Source: Octopus sinensis (taxonomy: Eukaryota). From it: a stretch of 18,629 nucleotides of DNA. The notes beneath the pieces are model-generated. The model had not been told where the DNA came from, did no database searches, and worked only from the letters and a program-made list of their open reading frames with translations. The DNA lies in the NCBI RefSeq assembly GCF_006345805.1, contig NW_021824419.1:1-18629 (forward strand), given 5' to 3'. Within the stretch, counting starts at the first letter, position 1. Every line of letters starts with the position of its first letter. The position numbers and the translations under genes are program-made. Of this stretch, positions 8,937 through 18,087 are shown piece after piece.

Positions 8937-9230
8937 GGCGCAATGGCTCAGTGGTTAGGGCAGCGGACTCGCGGTCATAGGATTGCGGTTTCGATTCCCA
9001 GACCGGGCGTTGTGAGTGTTTATTGAGCGAAAACACCTAAAAGCTCCACGAGGCTCCGGCAGGGGATGGTGGTGATCCCTGCTGTACTCTTTCATTCACC
9101 AAACTTTCTCTCACTCTTACTTCCTGTTTCATGCTGTACCTGTATTTCAAAGGGCCGGCCTTGTCACTCTCTGTGTCACGCTGAATATCCCCGAGAACTA
9201 CGTTAAGGGTACACGTGTCTGTGGAGTGCT
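8937..9230 (+). mobile_element. SINE-C, 3'-truncated, with a different 3' module from the 5309 copy
   Basis: A box TGGCTCAGTGG, B box GGTTTCGATTCCC; ends at a junction with an opposite-strand SINE-A. Confidence 0.85.
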
Positions 9231-9386
9231 TCTTTCAGTTTCCGTCTACCAAATCCACTCACAAGGCATTGGTCGGCCCGGGGCTATAGCAGAAGACACT
9301 TGTCCAAGATGCCACGCAGTGGGACTGAACCCGGAACCATGTGGTTGGTTAGCAAGCTACTTACCACACAGCCACTCCTGCGCCTA
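9229..9386 (-). mobile_element. SINE-A body
   Basis: Reverse complement of 3643-3795. Confidence 0.85.
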
Positions 9387-9641
9387 TATATATGACACAC
9401 ATATTAATGGTATCTCTGTTCCTCTTTCTCTTACTGTCTTACGTAATCTTTACTCCATTATTTACACAAAAGCTGCCACGACCACCACCACCACCAACAA
9501 CAACAAGAACAACAACACCACTATTTACAATCGTCCTTATTATTGCTGTGGATTCGGGGTTTTTTAGAAAAAAATTTTCGTGTGTTTATTTTCTCAATAT
9601 ATATATCGCAATCTATTCACGAGCACGTCTCTTGCATAGCT

Positions 9642-10050
9642 GTGTGCGTGCGTGTGTATGCGTGTGTATGTGTGCGCGCGCGCCTATAGGTGTGTGTGTT
9701 GTGTATGCGTGTGTATGTGTGTGTATGCGTGTGTATGTGTATGCGTGTGTATGCGTGTGTGTGCGTGTGTATGTGTGTGTGTGTGTATGCGTGTGTATGT
9801 GTGTGCGTGTGTGTATGCGTGTGCACGTGTGTGTGTGTATGCGTGTGTATGTGTGTGCGCGTGTGTGTGTGTGTGCGTGTGTATGTGTGTGCGCGTGTGT
9901 GTATGCGTGTGTATGTGTGTGCGCGTGTGTGTGTGTGTGCGTGTGTATGTGTGTGCGCGTGTGTGTGTATGCGTGTGTATGTGTGTGCGTGTGTATGTGT
10001 GTGTGTGTGCGCCTATAGGTGTGTGTGTGTGTGTGTGTGGTGCGTGTGTT
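9642..10050. repeat. Alternating purine-pyrimidine (GT/GC/AT) satellite with higher-order structure
   Basis: gtatgcgtgtgtatgtgtgtgcgcgtgt recurs at ~64-66 bp period; the 20-mer gcgcctataggtgtgtgtgt occurs at 9680 and 10009. Confidence 0.9.
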
Positions 10051-10193
10051 TACATGTGAGAGGCTGTAATGAGAACACACCCACACATCTCGATTGCCAA
10101 TGCAGACTTCCTTTTCCTGCACTGCTTAGCTTCTTCACTCCCCTTCCTCCTCCTCCTCCTTCCCCCCTCTCTCTATCTCTATACGTACACATG

Positions 10194-10235
<42 letters not shown>

Positions 10236-10394
10236 CATATCCTCCTCTTCTTTCCCCCCTCTCTCTCTCTCTCTCTACTGTTTCTTGGTGGGGGCGGCAG
10301 TAGGAGTGCGTACGTGTTTGGACTCGTGTGTGTGTGTGTGTGTCGCTACAGAGTCAACTTCGCTTGTACACACACGCGCGCGCATCTTCAGTTT

Positions 10395-11144
10395 CACGCA
10401 TTTGACTGCGGCCATGCTGGAGTACCGCTCTGTAGAATTTTTAGTTGCAAACGAAACGACCCGTGGGCTTAATTTTATTGTTGTTGTTGTTGTTTTAAGC
10501 CTGGTACTTATTCTATCAGTCCGTTCTGCCGAACTGCTATGTTGCTGGGATGTAAACACACCAGCACCGGTTGTCAAGTGGCTCTGGTGGTGAGAGAGGG
10601 GGATAAACAGATACAAAGACAAATACACAGAGACATACATGTACAGGCTTCTTTCAGTTTCCGTCCACCAAATCCACTCAAGGCTTTGGTCAGCCTGAGG
10701 CTATAGTAGAATACACTTGTCCAAGATGCCACGCAGTGGGACCGAACCCGGAACCATGTGGTTGGTAAGTAAGCTTCTTACCACACAGCCACTCCTGCGC
10801 CTATATATATACATATATACGACGGGCTTCTTTCAGTTTCCCTCTACCAAATCTACTCACAAGGCTTTGGTCGGCCCGAGGCTTTAGAAGACACTTGCCC
10901 AAGGTGCCACGCAGTGGGACCGAACCCGGAACCATGTGGTTGGTAAGTAAGCTTCTTACCACACAGCCACTCCTGCGCCTATATATATACATATATACGA
11001 CGGGCTTCTTTCAGTTTCCCTCTACCAAATCTACTCACAAGGCTTTGGTCGGCCCGAGGCTTTAGAAGACACTTGCCCAAGGTGCCACGCAGTGGGACTG
11101 AACCCAGAACCATGTGGTTGGTAAGTAAGCTTCTTACCACACAG
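10395..11144 (-). mobile_element. SINE-A tail plus three tandem SINE-A bodies
   Basis: Tail 10395-10600; bodies at ~10647, 10801, 10979; 10727-11098 is a perfect 178-bp-period repeat. Confidence 0.9.
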
Positions 11145-11187
11145 AAATTATGTGTATACATGCATACATACATAGGTCCAAGCGAGC

Positions 11188-11695
11188 CTGTTGTGGTAAG
11201 AAGCTAGCTTACCCAACCACATGGTTCCGGGTTCAGTCCCTCTGCGCGGCACCTTGGACAAGTGTCTTCGACTACAGCTTGGAGCCAACGAATATATGTA
11301 TGTATTTGTGTGTCTGTGTTTGTCCCCCCAACATCGCTTGACAACCGATGCTGGTGTGTTTGCGTCACCGTAATTTAGCGATTCGGCAAAAGATCCCGAT
11401 AGAATAAGTACTAGGCTTACAAAGAATAAGTCCTGGGGTCGATTTGTTCGACTAAAGGTGCTGCTCCAGCATGGCCGCATTCAAATGTGTGTGTGTTTGT
11501 ATGTCTGTGTTTGTCCCCCCCAACATTGCTTGACAACCGATGCTGGTGTGTTTACGTCCCCATCACTTAGCGGTTCGGCAAAAGTGACCGATAAAATAAG
11601 TACTGGACTTACAAGAATAAGTCCTTGCGCCGATTTGTTCGACTAAAGGTGGTGCTCCAGCATGGCCGCATTCAAATGACTGAAAGAGATAAAAG
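11188..11695 (+). mobile_element. SINE-A with deleted body and duplicated tail module
   Basis: Tail module twice (~11305-11487, ~11505-11690); both carry the private variant ccgcattcaaatg. Confidence 0.85.
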
Positions 11696-11697
11696 AA

Positions 11698-11734
<37 letters not shown>

Positions 11735-11829
11735 GTGTGTGTGTATATATATATAAATCCTTAAATCCTTAAAAATGTTTTAGCCCGAAGTCCGCGGCCA
11801 TGCTGGGGCAATAAATTAATAAATAAAAC

Positions 11830-11875
<46 letters not shown>

Positions 11876-12197
11876 GTACCGAATGTTGTTTAGTTTCCTA
11901 GGTGCGCACATGTCTGATAGCACCAGCTATATGGTGATAAGCGATTTATATGTGTGTGTATATGCATGTGTACATGTGCGTATATATGTGTTTGTGGATG
12001 TGTATATATGTGTATTTACCTGCGTTTCAGTATATGTATATGTGTGTATGTTTGCTGTTTTATATGTGTGTGTTTATGTCTGTGAGTCTCTATATGTATG
12101 CATGTGCGTACGTGCATGGTCTGTGTTATCGCAATAGAGCTGATATACAATGAAAAGAATTCCCGCCAACCACGACCAACACACCTTTCTTTTGCAG

Positions 12198-12208
12198 GCG
12201 TACTGTAT
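12198..12208 (+). other. Candidate micro-exon (11 nt, or 7 nt with the alternative donor)
   Basis: ctttcttttgcAG|GCGTACT|GTAT|GTAAGT: strong acceptor after a 38-nt AG-free zone, with tandem donors GTATGT (12205) and GTAAGT (12209). Confidence 0.4.
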
Positions 12209-12529
12209 GTAAGTAACCTCGAACGATACTCCTCAATTCGTCTCGTTATTGTCTGTCAAAACTCTGTAGGGGGACATAATTTGAAGGGACACCTGGCTGC
12301 TATCTCTAGCAGGCCTTACGAACCCCCCGCAAGAGAGCTTATGTAATTGGTGTATGCGTATAGCACGAAAGTGTAGGCGCTCGAGTCACTGTTGTTGCTT
12401 CGCATGTATAAACAATATTGCATGTGTGTGTGTGTGTGTGTGGTGTGTCTGTACGCAATCAGATTTGTGTTTATGGGCAAAGAATGTATGTGCGTGGCTG
12501 TTTATATGTGTGATTATATATATATATAT

Positions 12530-12970
<441 letters not shown>

Positions 12971-13343
12971 TATATATTTACGAAACCTGGGTGCGTGTGT
13001 ATCTGCGGCCACCCATCACCTCCGCTCCCCAACTATTGTTTACGTTGCCCTTGTTTCGACGTTTTGGCAGCCAGCCTCGCTTTGGAATCTACTCCAACGT
13101 TACTGTAGCAGCAGCAGCAGCTGCAGTGGTGCTGGTGGTGGTAGGTGGCGGTAATAATAGTAGTAGTAGTAGTTGTAACATTAGTAGTAGCTGCTGCTGC
13201 TGGTGCTGTGGTTGTTGTTGTTGTCGTTATTTTTATTTCCGACTCGCCAACTGTTACGTTCCTTACATAACAACAACAACGACGACGCCTTCCACGGCGG
13301 CGGCGGCTGTGGCGGCTGTGGCAGAAGGTTAACGCACCCAACA

Positions 13344-13870
13344 ATAAACTAGGACACGGTGATAGGGGCAATGGTGGTGGTGTCGGTGGTGACGGTGACG
13401 ACGATTACGTTAATGGCGGTGGCGGTGGTGGTGGTGGCTGTGGCGGTGATGGTATTGGTGGTGGTGGCTGTGGCGGTGGTGGTAGTGGTGGTGGTGGCTG
13501 TGGCGGTGGTGGTAGTGGTGGTGGTGGCTGTGGCGGTGGTGGTAGTGGTGGTGGTGGCTGTGGCGGTGGTGGTGGTGGTGGTGTCTGTGACTGTGGCGGT
13601 GGTGGTGGTGGTGGTGGCGGCTGTGGCGGTGATGGTATTGGTGGTGGTGGCTGTGGCGGTGGTGGTGGTGGCGGTAGAGATGATTACGATGATGATAACT
13701 ATAATGATGATGATGATGGTGGTCGTTGTGCTGCTTGTGGCGGTGGTGGCGATGGTAACGTTTCTTATTTCTCTTGGTGGCGGTGACGATGTTGCCATTA
13801 TCGGTGGTGGTGTTGATATAACTAGTGGCGGCGCGGCGGCGGCGGCGGTGGTGGTGGTGGTGGTGATTGC
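13344..13870. repeat. GGT/GGC-rich tract with 30-bp higher-order unit and a dispersed-repeat head
   Basis: tggcggtggtggtagtggtggtggtggctg at 13471, 13501, 13531 (variants 13441, 13561); head ataaactaggacacggtgatagg also at 16817. Confidence 0.9.
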
Positions 13871-13883
13871 GTGGTTGAGTCTG

Positions 13884-13945
13884 CAGCTCAACCATGATGA
13901 AACAGACCTATGATCAAAGGCGTGCCAGCCGAGACCATCACGCCT
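13884..13945 (+). repeat. Dispersed-repeat fragment homologous to the 43-bp minisatellite unit
   Basis: cagctcaaccatgatgaaacagacctatgatcaaa is about 28/35 identical to my by-eye unit consensus. Confidence 0.55.
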
Positions 13946-14569
13946 CTATATAGCTAGAATTGGTTTATGAATTGTTTTTTCTTTTTTTTTTTACCTTTTA
14001 TTACACGGTATCTGGCTGCTATTTCTAGCAGGTCGAGCTACTACATTGTGGTGCCGCGGCGGCGGCGGCGGCGGCGGTGATGATGATGATGATGATTATA
14101 GTGGTGGTGGTGGTGGTGGTGACGGAGCGATGCAGTTGATAGCAATGGTGGCGTTGGAAGAGGTGGGGAGGGAAGGTTGGCGCTTGTTGGTAAGGCGGCG
14201 GCGGCGTCGTCGTCGGTGGCGACGGTAGGGTGGTGGTGGTGGTGGTGATGGTGGTGGGGTGTCGCTGACGATAATAGCAACATCTGTGCTCAAATGCTTA
14301 GCAGCAACATCAACACCAGCAGCAGTAGCAGCCGCAGCAGCAGCAGCAGTGCAGCGAAACACGATGGCGGAGGCGTCGGCATTACATTTCACAGTGGTGG
14401 TGGTGGTGGTGGTGGTGGTGGTGACGGTGGTGTGGCGTTGGGGGAATAGGTATGCTTAGAGTACTGGCGGCGGTGCGGCGGCGAGGTTATTAGTAAAGGT
14501 GTTGCGGCGGCTGGTGTCGTTCTGGTTAGTTGTAACACCAGGAAAAGAATTCATTTCGCTCTGTGTATT

Positions 14570-14760
14570 CTTTTATGCTTTCACTTGTTTAAAGTCAGGT
14601 GACTGCGGTCATGCTGGAGCACCGCGTTTTTAGTCGAACAAATCGACCCCAGGTCTTATTGCTTGTAAGCCTAGTGCTTATTCTATCGGTCTTCTTTGCT
14701 GAACGGGGACGTAAACACACCAACATAGGTTGTCAAGCGATTTTGCAGGGACAATACAGA
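14570..14760 (-). mobile_element. SINE-A tail module
   Basis: gactgcggtcatgctggagcaccgc...ggttgtcaagcga, reverse complement of the tail. Confidence 0.8.
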
Positions 14761-14770
14761 CACACTCATG

Positions 14771-14802
<32 letters not shown>

Positions 14803-14827
14803 ATATATATAATACACACACACATAT

Positions 14828-14999
14828 ATCATCATCATCATCATCATCGTTTAACGTCCGCTTTCCATGCTAGCATGGGTTGGACGGTTCAACTGGGTCT
14901 GGCAAGCCCGAAGGCTGCACCAGGCAGTCAGATCTGGCAGTGTTTCTACAGCTGGATGCCCTTCCTAACGCCAGGGCATCCAGCTGTAGAAACACTGCC

Positions 15000-15003
<4 letters not shown>
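14828..15003 (-). mobile_element. 5'-truncated SINE-D with (ATG)n tail and a perfect fold-back at its 5' junction
   Basis: Reverse complement of 17687-17846; contains GGAAGGGCATCC...TAGAAAC, which I recall from animal SINE central domains (possibly Meta; unverified). Confidence 0.8.
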
Positions 15004-15030
<27 letters not shown>

Positions 15031-15034
<4 letters not shown>

Positions 15035-15229
15035 TCCAAACAAGAAAACACAAAAAATCCCAGCAACGCGAGGACGTGGAACAAATAGTATTATTGGACG
15101 CTCAGGAAAGAAGGGAAGAAGGAGGGTTTAACGTTCGAGCGGAGCTCTTCGTCAGAAACAAAGGAGATGGAAGATCCCGAGAAGGAAGACAGAGGAAAAA
15201 AAATTGCTGGCGGTGCTCACGAGGTCACA
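15031..15229 (-). mobile_element. Second copy of the family 1 Penelope-like element, in (TA)n
   Basis: Reverse complement aligns with 4704-4909; (TA)n on both sides. Confidence 0.75.
15126..15159 (-). ncRNA. Hammerhead motif with a core deletion
   Basis: Minus strand GUUU-CUGACGA-A-GAGC-UCC-GCUC-GAA-CGUU-AAAC; one A of GAAA is missing. Confidence 0.6.
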
Positions 15230-15348
15230 TATATATATCACCGTGACCGACCAGGCTATCAGATGTTGTTACACATCGCTGGACACAATGCGCTTCACAT
15301 TGTTTTAGCCTTGAAATGACGCCACCTCGTTGGCTAAGCGAGCAGGCC

Positions 15349-15385
<37 letters not shown>

Positions 15386-15391
15386 TATATA

Positions 15392-15520
15392 GTTGAAATT
15401 TATAAAAAAAACAAAAGATGAATACAGGTGTATGAACAACAAACAAGCTCGGGAAAGTGAAAACGTCTTTTACATTTTGAGCCTATGCTCTTCAGCAGAA
15501 AGGAATAAGAGAAAATAAAT
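15392..15520 (-). mobile_element. Family 2 Penelope-like element fragment in (TA)n
   Basis: Same 3' junction AAC(TA)n as family 1, different flanking sequence, decayed hammerhead. Confidence 0.55.
15467..15502 (-). ncRNA. Decayed hammerhead motif (family 2)
   Basis: Minus strand CUUU-CUGCUGA-A-GAGC-AUAG-GCUC-AAAA-UGUA-AAAG: stems I and II intact, core altered at three positions. Confidence 0.5.
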
Positions 15521-15537
15521 ATGTATATAAATATGCT

Positions 15538-15697
15538 GGGCTTTTTTCAGTTTCCGTCTACCAAATCCACTCACAAGGCCTTGGTTGGCCTGAGGCTATA
15601 GTTATAGACACTTGCCCAAAGTGCCATGCAGTGGGATTGAACCCGGAACCATGCGGTTGGTAAGCAAGCTACTTACCACACAGCCACTCCTGTGCTT
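15538..15697 (-). mobile_element. SINE-A body
   Basis: Reverse complement of 15908-16070. Confidence 0.85.
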
Positions 15698-15756
15698 GAT
15701 CAAATACAATTGTTTCTTTACCAATTCTGCTTTCGGCGCTACTTCATGCATCTCAG

Positions 15757-15777
15757 ATGTGCTTTTCCATTGACAAG
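15757..15777 (+). other. Candidate 21-nt micro-exon (MCFSIDK in phase 0, CAFPLT in phase 2)
   Basis: ~70-nt AG-free zone, catgcatctcAG acceptor, AAG|GTAAAG donor, length 3n, unique sequence. Confidence 0.4.
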
Positions 15778-15907
15778 GTAAAGGCATGCCTTTGATGCGG
15801 GTCTTAGCAATTGCAACTCTAATGTGTAAAACTGCAAATATTTAATGAATTTTTTATTTTGAAAATTTGCATGAACTGGCATTAAAAGCAGTGTTGTTTC
15901 AGAACAT

Positions 15908-16310
15908 AGGCGCAGGAGTGGCTGTGTGGTAAATAGCTTGCTTACGAACCACATGGTTCCAGGTTCAGTGACACTGCGTGGAAGAATGGGCAAGTGTCTT
16001 CTACTATAGCCTCGGGCCACCCAAAGCCTTGTGAGTGGATTTGGTAGACGAAAACTGAAAGAAGCCCATCGCATATATATATATATGTATGTATGTGTGT
16101 CTATATGTTTGTATCTGTGTTTGCCCTCCCCCTCCCACCAAACATCGCTTTGACAACTGATGCTGGTGTATTTATGTCCCCGTAATTTAGTGGTTCGGCA
16201 AAAGAGACTGATAGAATAAGTACTGGGCTTACAAAAGAATAAGTCCTGGGGTAGATTTGTCCGACTAAAGGTGGTGCTCCAGCATGGCCACAGTCAAATG
16301 ACTGAAACAC
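15908..16310 (+). mobile_element. SINE-A, complete composite
   Basis: Head aggcgcaggagtggctgtgtgg, body, microsatellite, tail module. Confidence 0.85.
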
Positions 16311-16400
16311 TGCTCATTGAAGATGTGCTGAAGTCTTTATTTGTCTTCTTCTTTGGATTGCATTTTACTCTTCACTAAACTTGAATAACTGTTTAATTAC

Positions 16401-17035
16401 TTTAAATCTCACGAGAGATATTCAGCAACAGTACTTTGGAGTAAAGATTGTTTGCCAACATAACATGGCAGTCCTGGTTTAGGATGATTGTTGCTGTAAT
16501 TTAGCCCCGGGAGACATTGTCCCCAGCTGGCTATATGACACAATCTGTTCCCTTGTTTGAAAATATAAGGACACAGATTGTGTTGTATAGCCAGCTTGTA
16601 ACCTTTTCTGTTAAAATACACTGCTTTTGGAGTAAAGATTGTTTGCCAACATAACAATGGCAGTCCTGGTTTAGGACGAATGTTGCTGTAATTTAGTCCC
16701 AGGAGACATCGTCTCCAGCTGGCTGTACGACATGATCTGTGTCCTTATATTTTCGAACAAGGGAATCTAGCACCCCCCACTCACCTCAAGGCAATATCTG
16801 TGTATTGCAATTTCCGATAAACTAGGACATGGTGATAGGAGCAATGGTGATGGTAGTGGTGGTGTCGATGATTATGTTAATGGTGGTGGTGGTGGTGGTA
16901 CTGGGGTGCTGTGGCAGTGGTGGTAACGTTGTCAAGCGATGGAACGGGGATAATGTCTCCTGGGGCTAATTTACAGCAACATTCGTCCTAAACCAGGACT
17001 GCCGTGTTATGTTAGCAAACAATCTTTTACTCCAA
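16401..17035. mobile_element. Two partial palindromic MITE copies in opposite orientation, the second interrupted
   Basis: Copy A 16401-16597; copy B 16624-16766 with reversed core; ~185-bp insert; right arm 16951-17035. Confidence 0.8.
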
Positions 17036-17189
17036 TGGTTTTAATGTTGTGAAACCAGGATTTTCTTACACCTGAATAGTTTTGATATTGGTCTGGAATC
17101 TGGCTATACTGATAGCCCAAATTTGGGGCTGAATGTTGCATTGGGAATACCCTATCTTTCGACACTGCCTGACCCTTATACACACACAC

Positions 17190-17330
17190 ATTGTGGTAAG
17201 AAGCCTCCTTCCCAACCACGTGGTCCTAGGTTCAATCCCACTGTGCGGCACCTTGTGCCGGTGTTTTCTTCTACAGCCTCAGGCTGATCAAAACCTTAAG
17301 AGTGGATTTGGCAGAAAGAAGCCTGTCATA
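17190..17330 (+). mobile_element. Degenerate SINE-A body
   Basis: gtggtaagaagcctccttcccaaccacgtgg...gagtggatttggcag. Confidence 0.75.
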
Positions 17331-17686
17331 TGTATATATATATATATATAGATTCAAATGAATATGGTACTTAACTTAGATGCAGCAGAATATTTTTTTA
17401 TGGTATTACCCATAAAATTATGTGGGGTGATTATAACCAAAAAATAAGCAACAAGAATGGATCGGTGATTTAGTACAATTGTTTCATACTATAACAATTT
17501 ATTAAAGCTGCAAATATTACAGCAAATATAATATGTCAAGTAATCTTCAGCTAATTTCTTATAGGTTTTCCAATAATGTAAAGTTCTCAAATCAATTAGT
17601 AACATCCCAGAGAGTGTAAATATCCCGATAAAGTTGTAGATGTGAGTTCCAGGAACTTGAAGTAGGATGCCAAGCAAACCATATAT

Positions 17687-17846
17687 GGAGTGGTTGGCAT
17701 TAGGAAGGGCATCCAGCTGTAGAAACATTGCCAGATCAGACTGGAGCCAGGTGCAGTCTTCTGGCTTCCCAGATCCCCGGTCGAACCGTCCAACCCATGC
17801 TAGCATGGAGAACGGACGTTAAACAATGATGATGATGATGATGATA
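17687..17846 (+). mobile_element. SINE-D 3' part with (ATG)n tail
   Basis: ggttggcattaggaagggcatccagctgtagaaac...ggacgttaaacaatgatgatg. Confidence 0.8.
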
Positions 17847-17855
17847 ATCCTTTCT

Positions 17856-18085
17856 AGTGGAGGTGCAAGACCTGAAATTTGAGGGGTGGGGACTAGTTGA
17901 TTACATTGACCCAAGTATTTCGCTGGTACTTAATTTGTTGACTCTGAAAGGAGTCAATAAGGAGTCCTGTCAGGGTCAATAAATTTAAGTTGACCTTAGT
18001 AGAGTTTGAACTCATAATGTAAAGACTGACGAAGTGCCGCTAAGCATTCTGTCTGGCGTGGTAACCTTCCTGCCAGCTTGCAGCC
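17856..18085 (-). mobile_element. SINE-B, near full length, degenerate
   Basis: Reverse complement of the 6520-6712 type, including the head ...ttcctgccagcttg. Confidence 0.75.
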
Positions 18086-18087
18086 TG

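Noticed and set aside
8937-9010. tRNA-like sequence with A and B boxes (also 5600-5674)
   Set aside because: No proper acceptor stem or anticodon arm; continues into a SINE body present in multiple copies.
9407-9600. Peptide resembling signal peptide + Pro/Thr stalk + TM + RKK
   Set aside because: Built from pyrimidine and (ACC/AAC)n low-complexity sequence; the ORF runs into a GT satellite without a convincing donor.
10801-11173. Duplicated 63-64-aa ORFs (RSLLTNHMVPGSVPLRGTLGKCLL)
   Set aside because: Translations of SINE-A; the same peptide recurs at every copy.
13071-13140. 70-nt exon candidate (ttttggcAG...GTG|GTAGGT)
   Set aside because: Half is (GCA)/(GGT) microsatellite and the donor lies within the repeat; too weak to call.
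17565-17641. 77-nt exon candidate with branch-like CTAAT and donor GTGAGT
   Set aside because: Stops in all three frames; a shorter 31-nt version (ECKYPDKVVD) has a poor acceptor.
18026-18060. CTGACGA hammerhead-like start
   Set aside because: Inside the SINE-B head, with no downstream GAAA or stem I.
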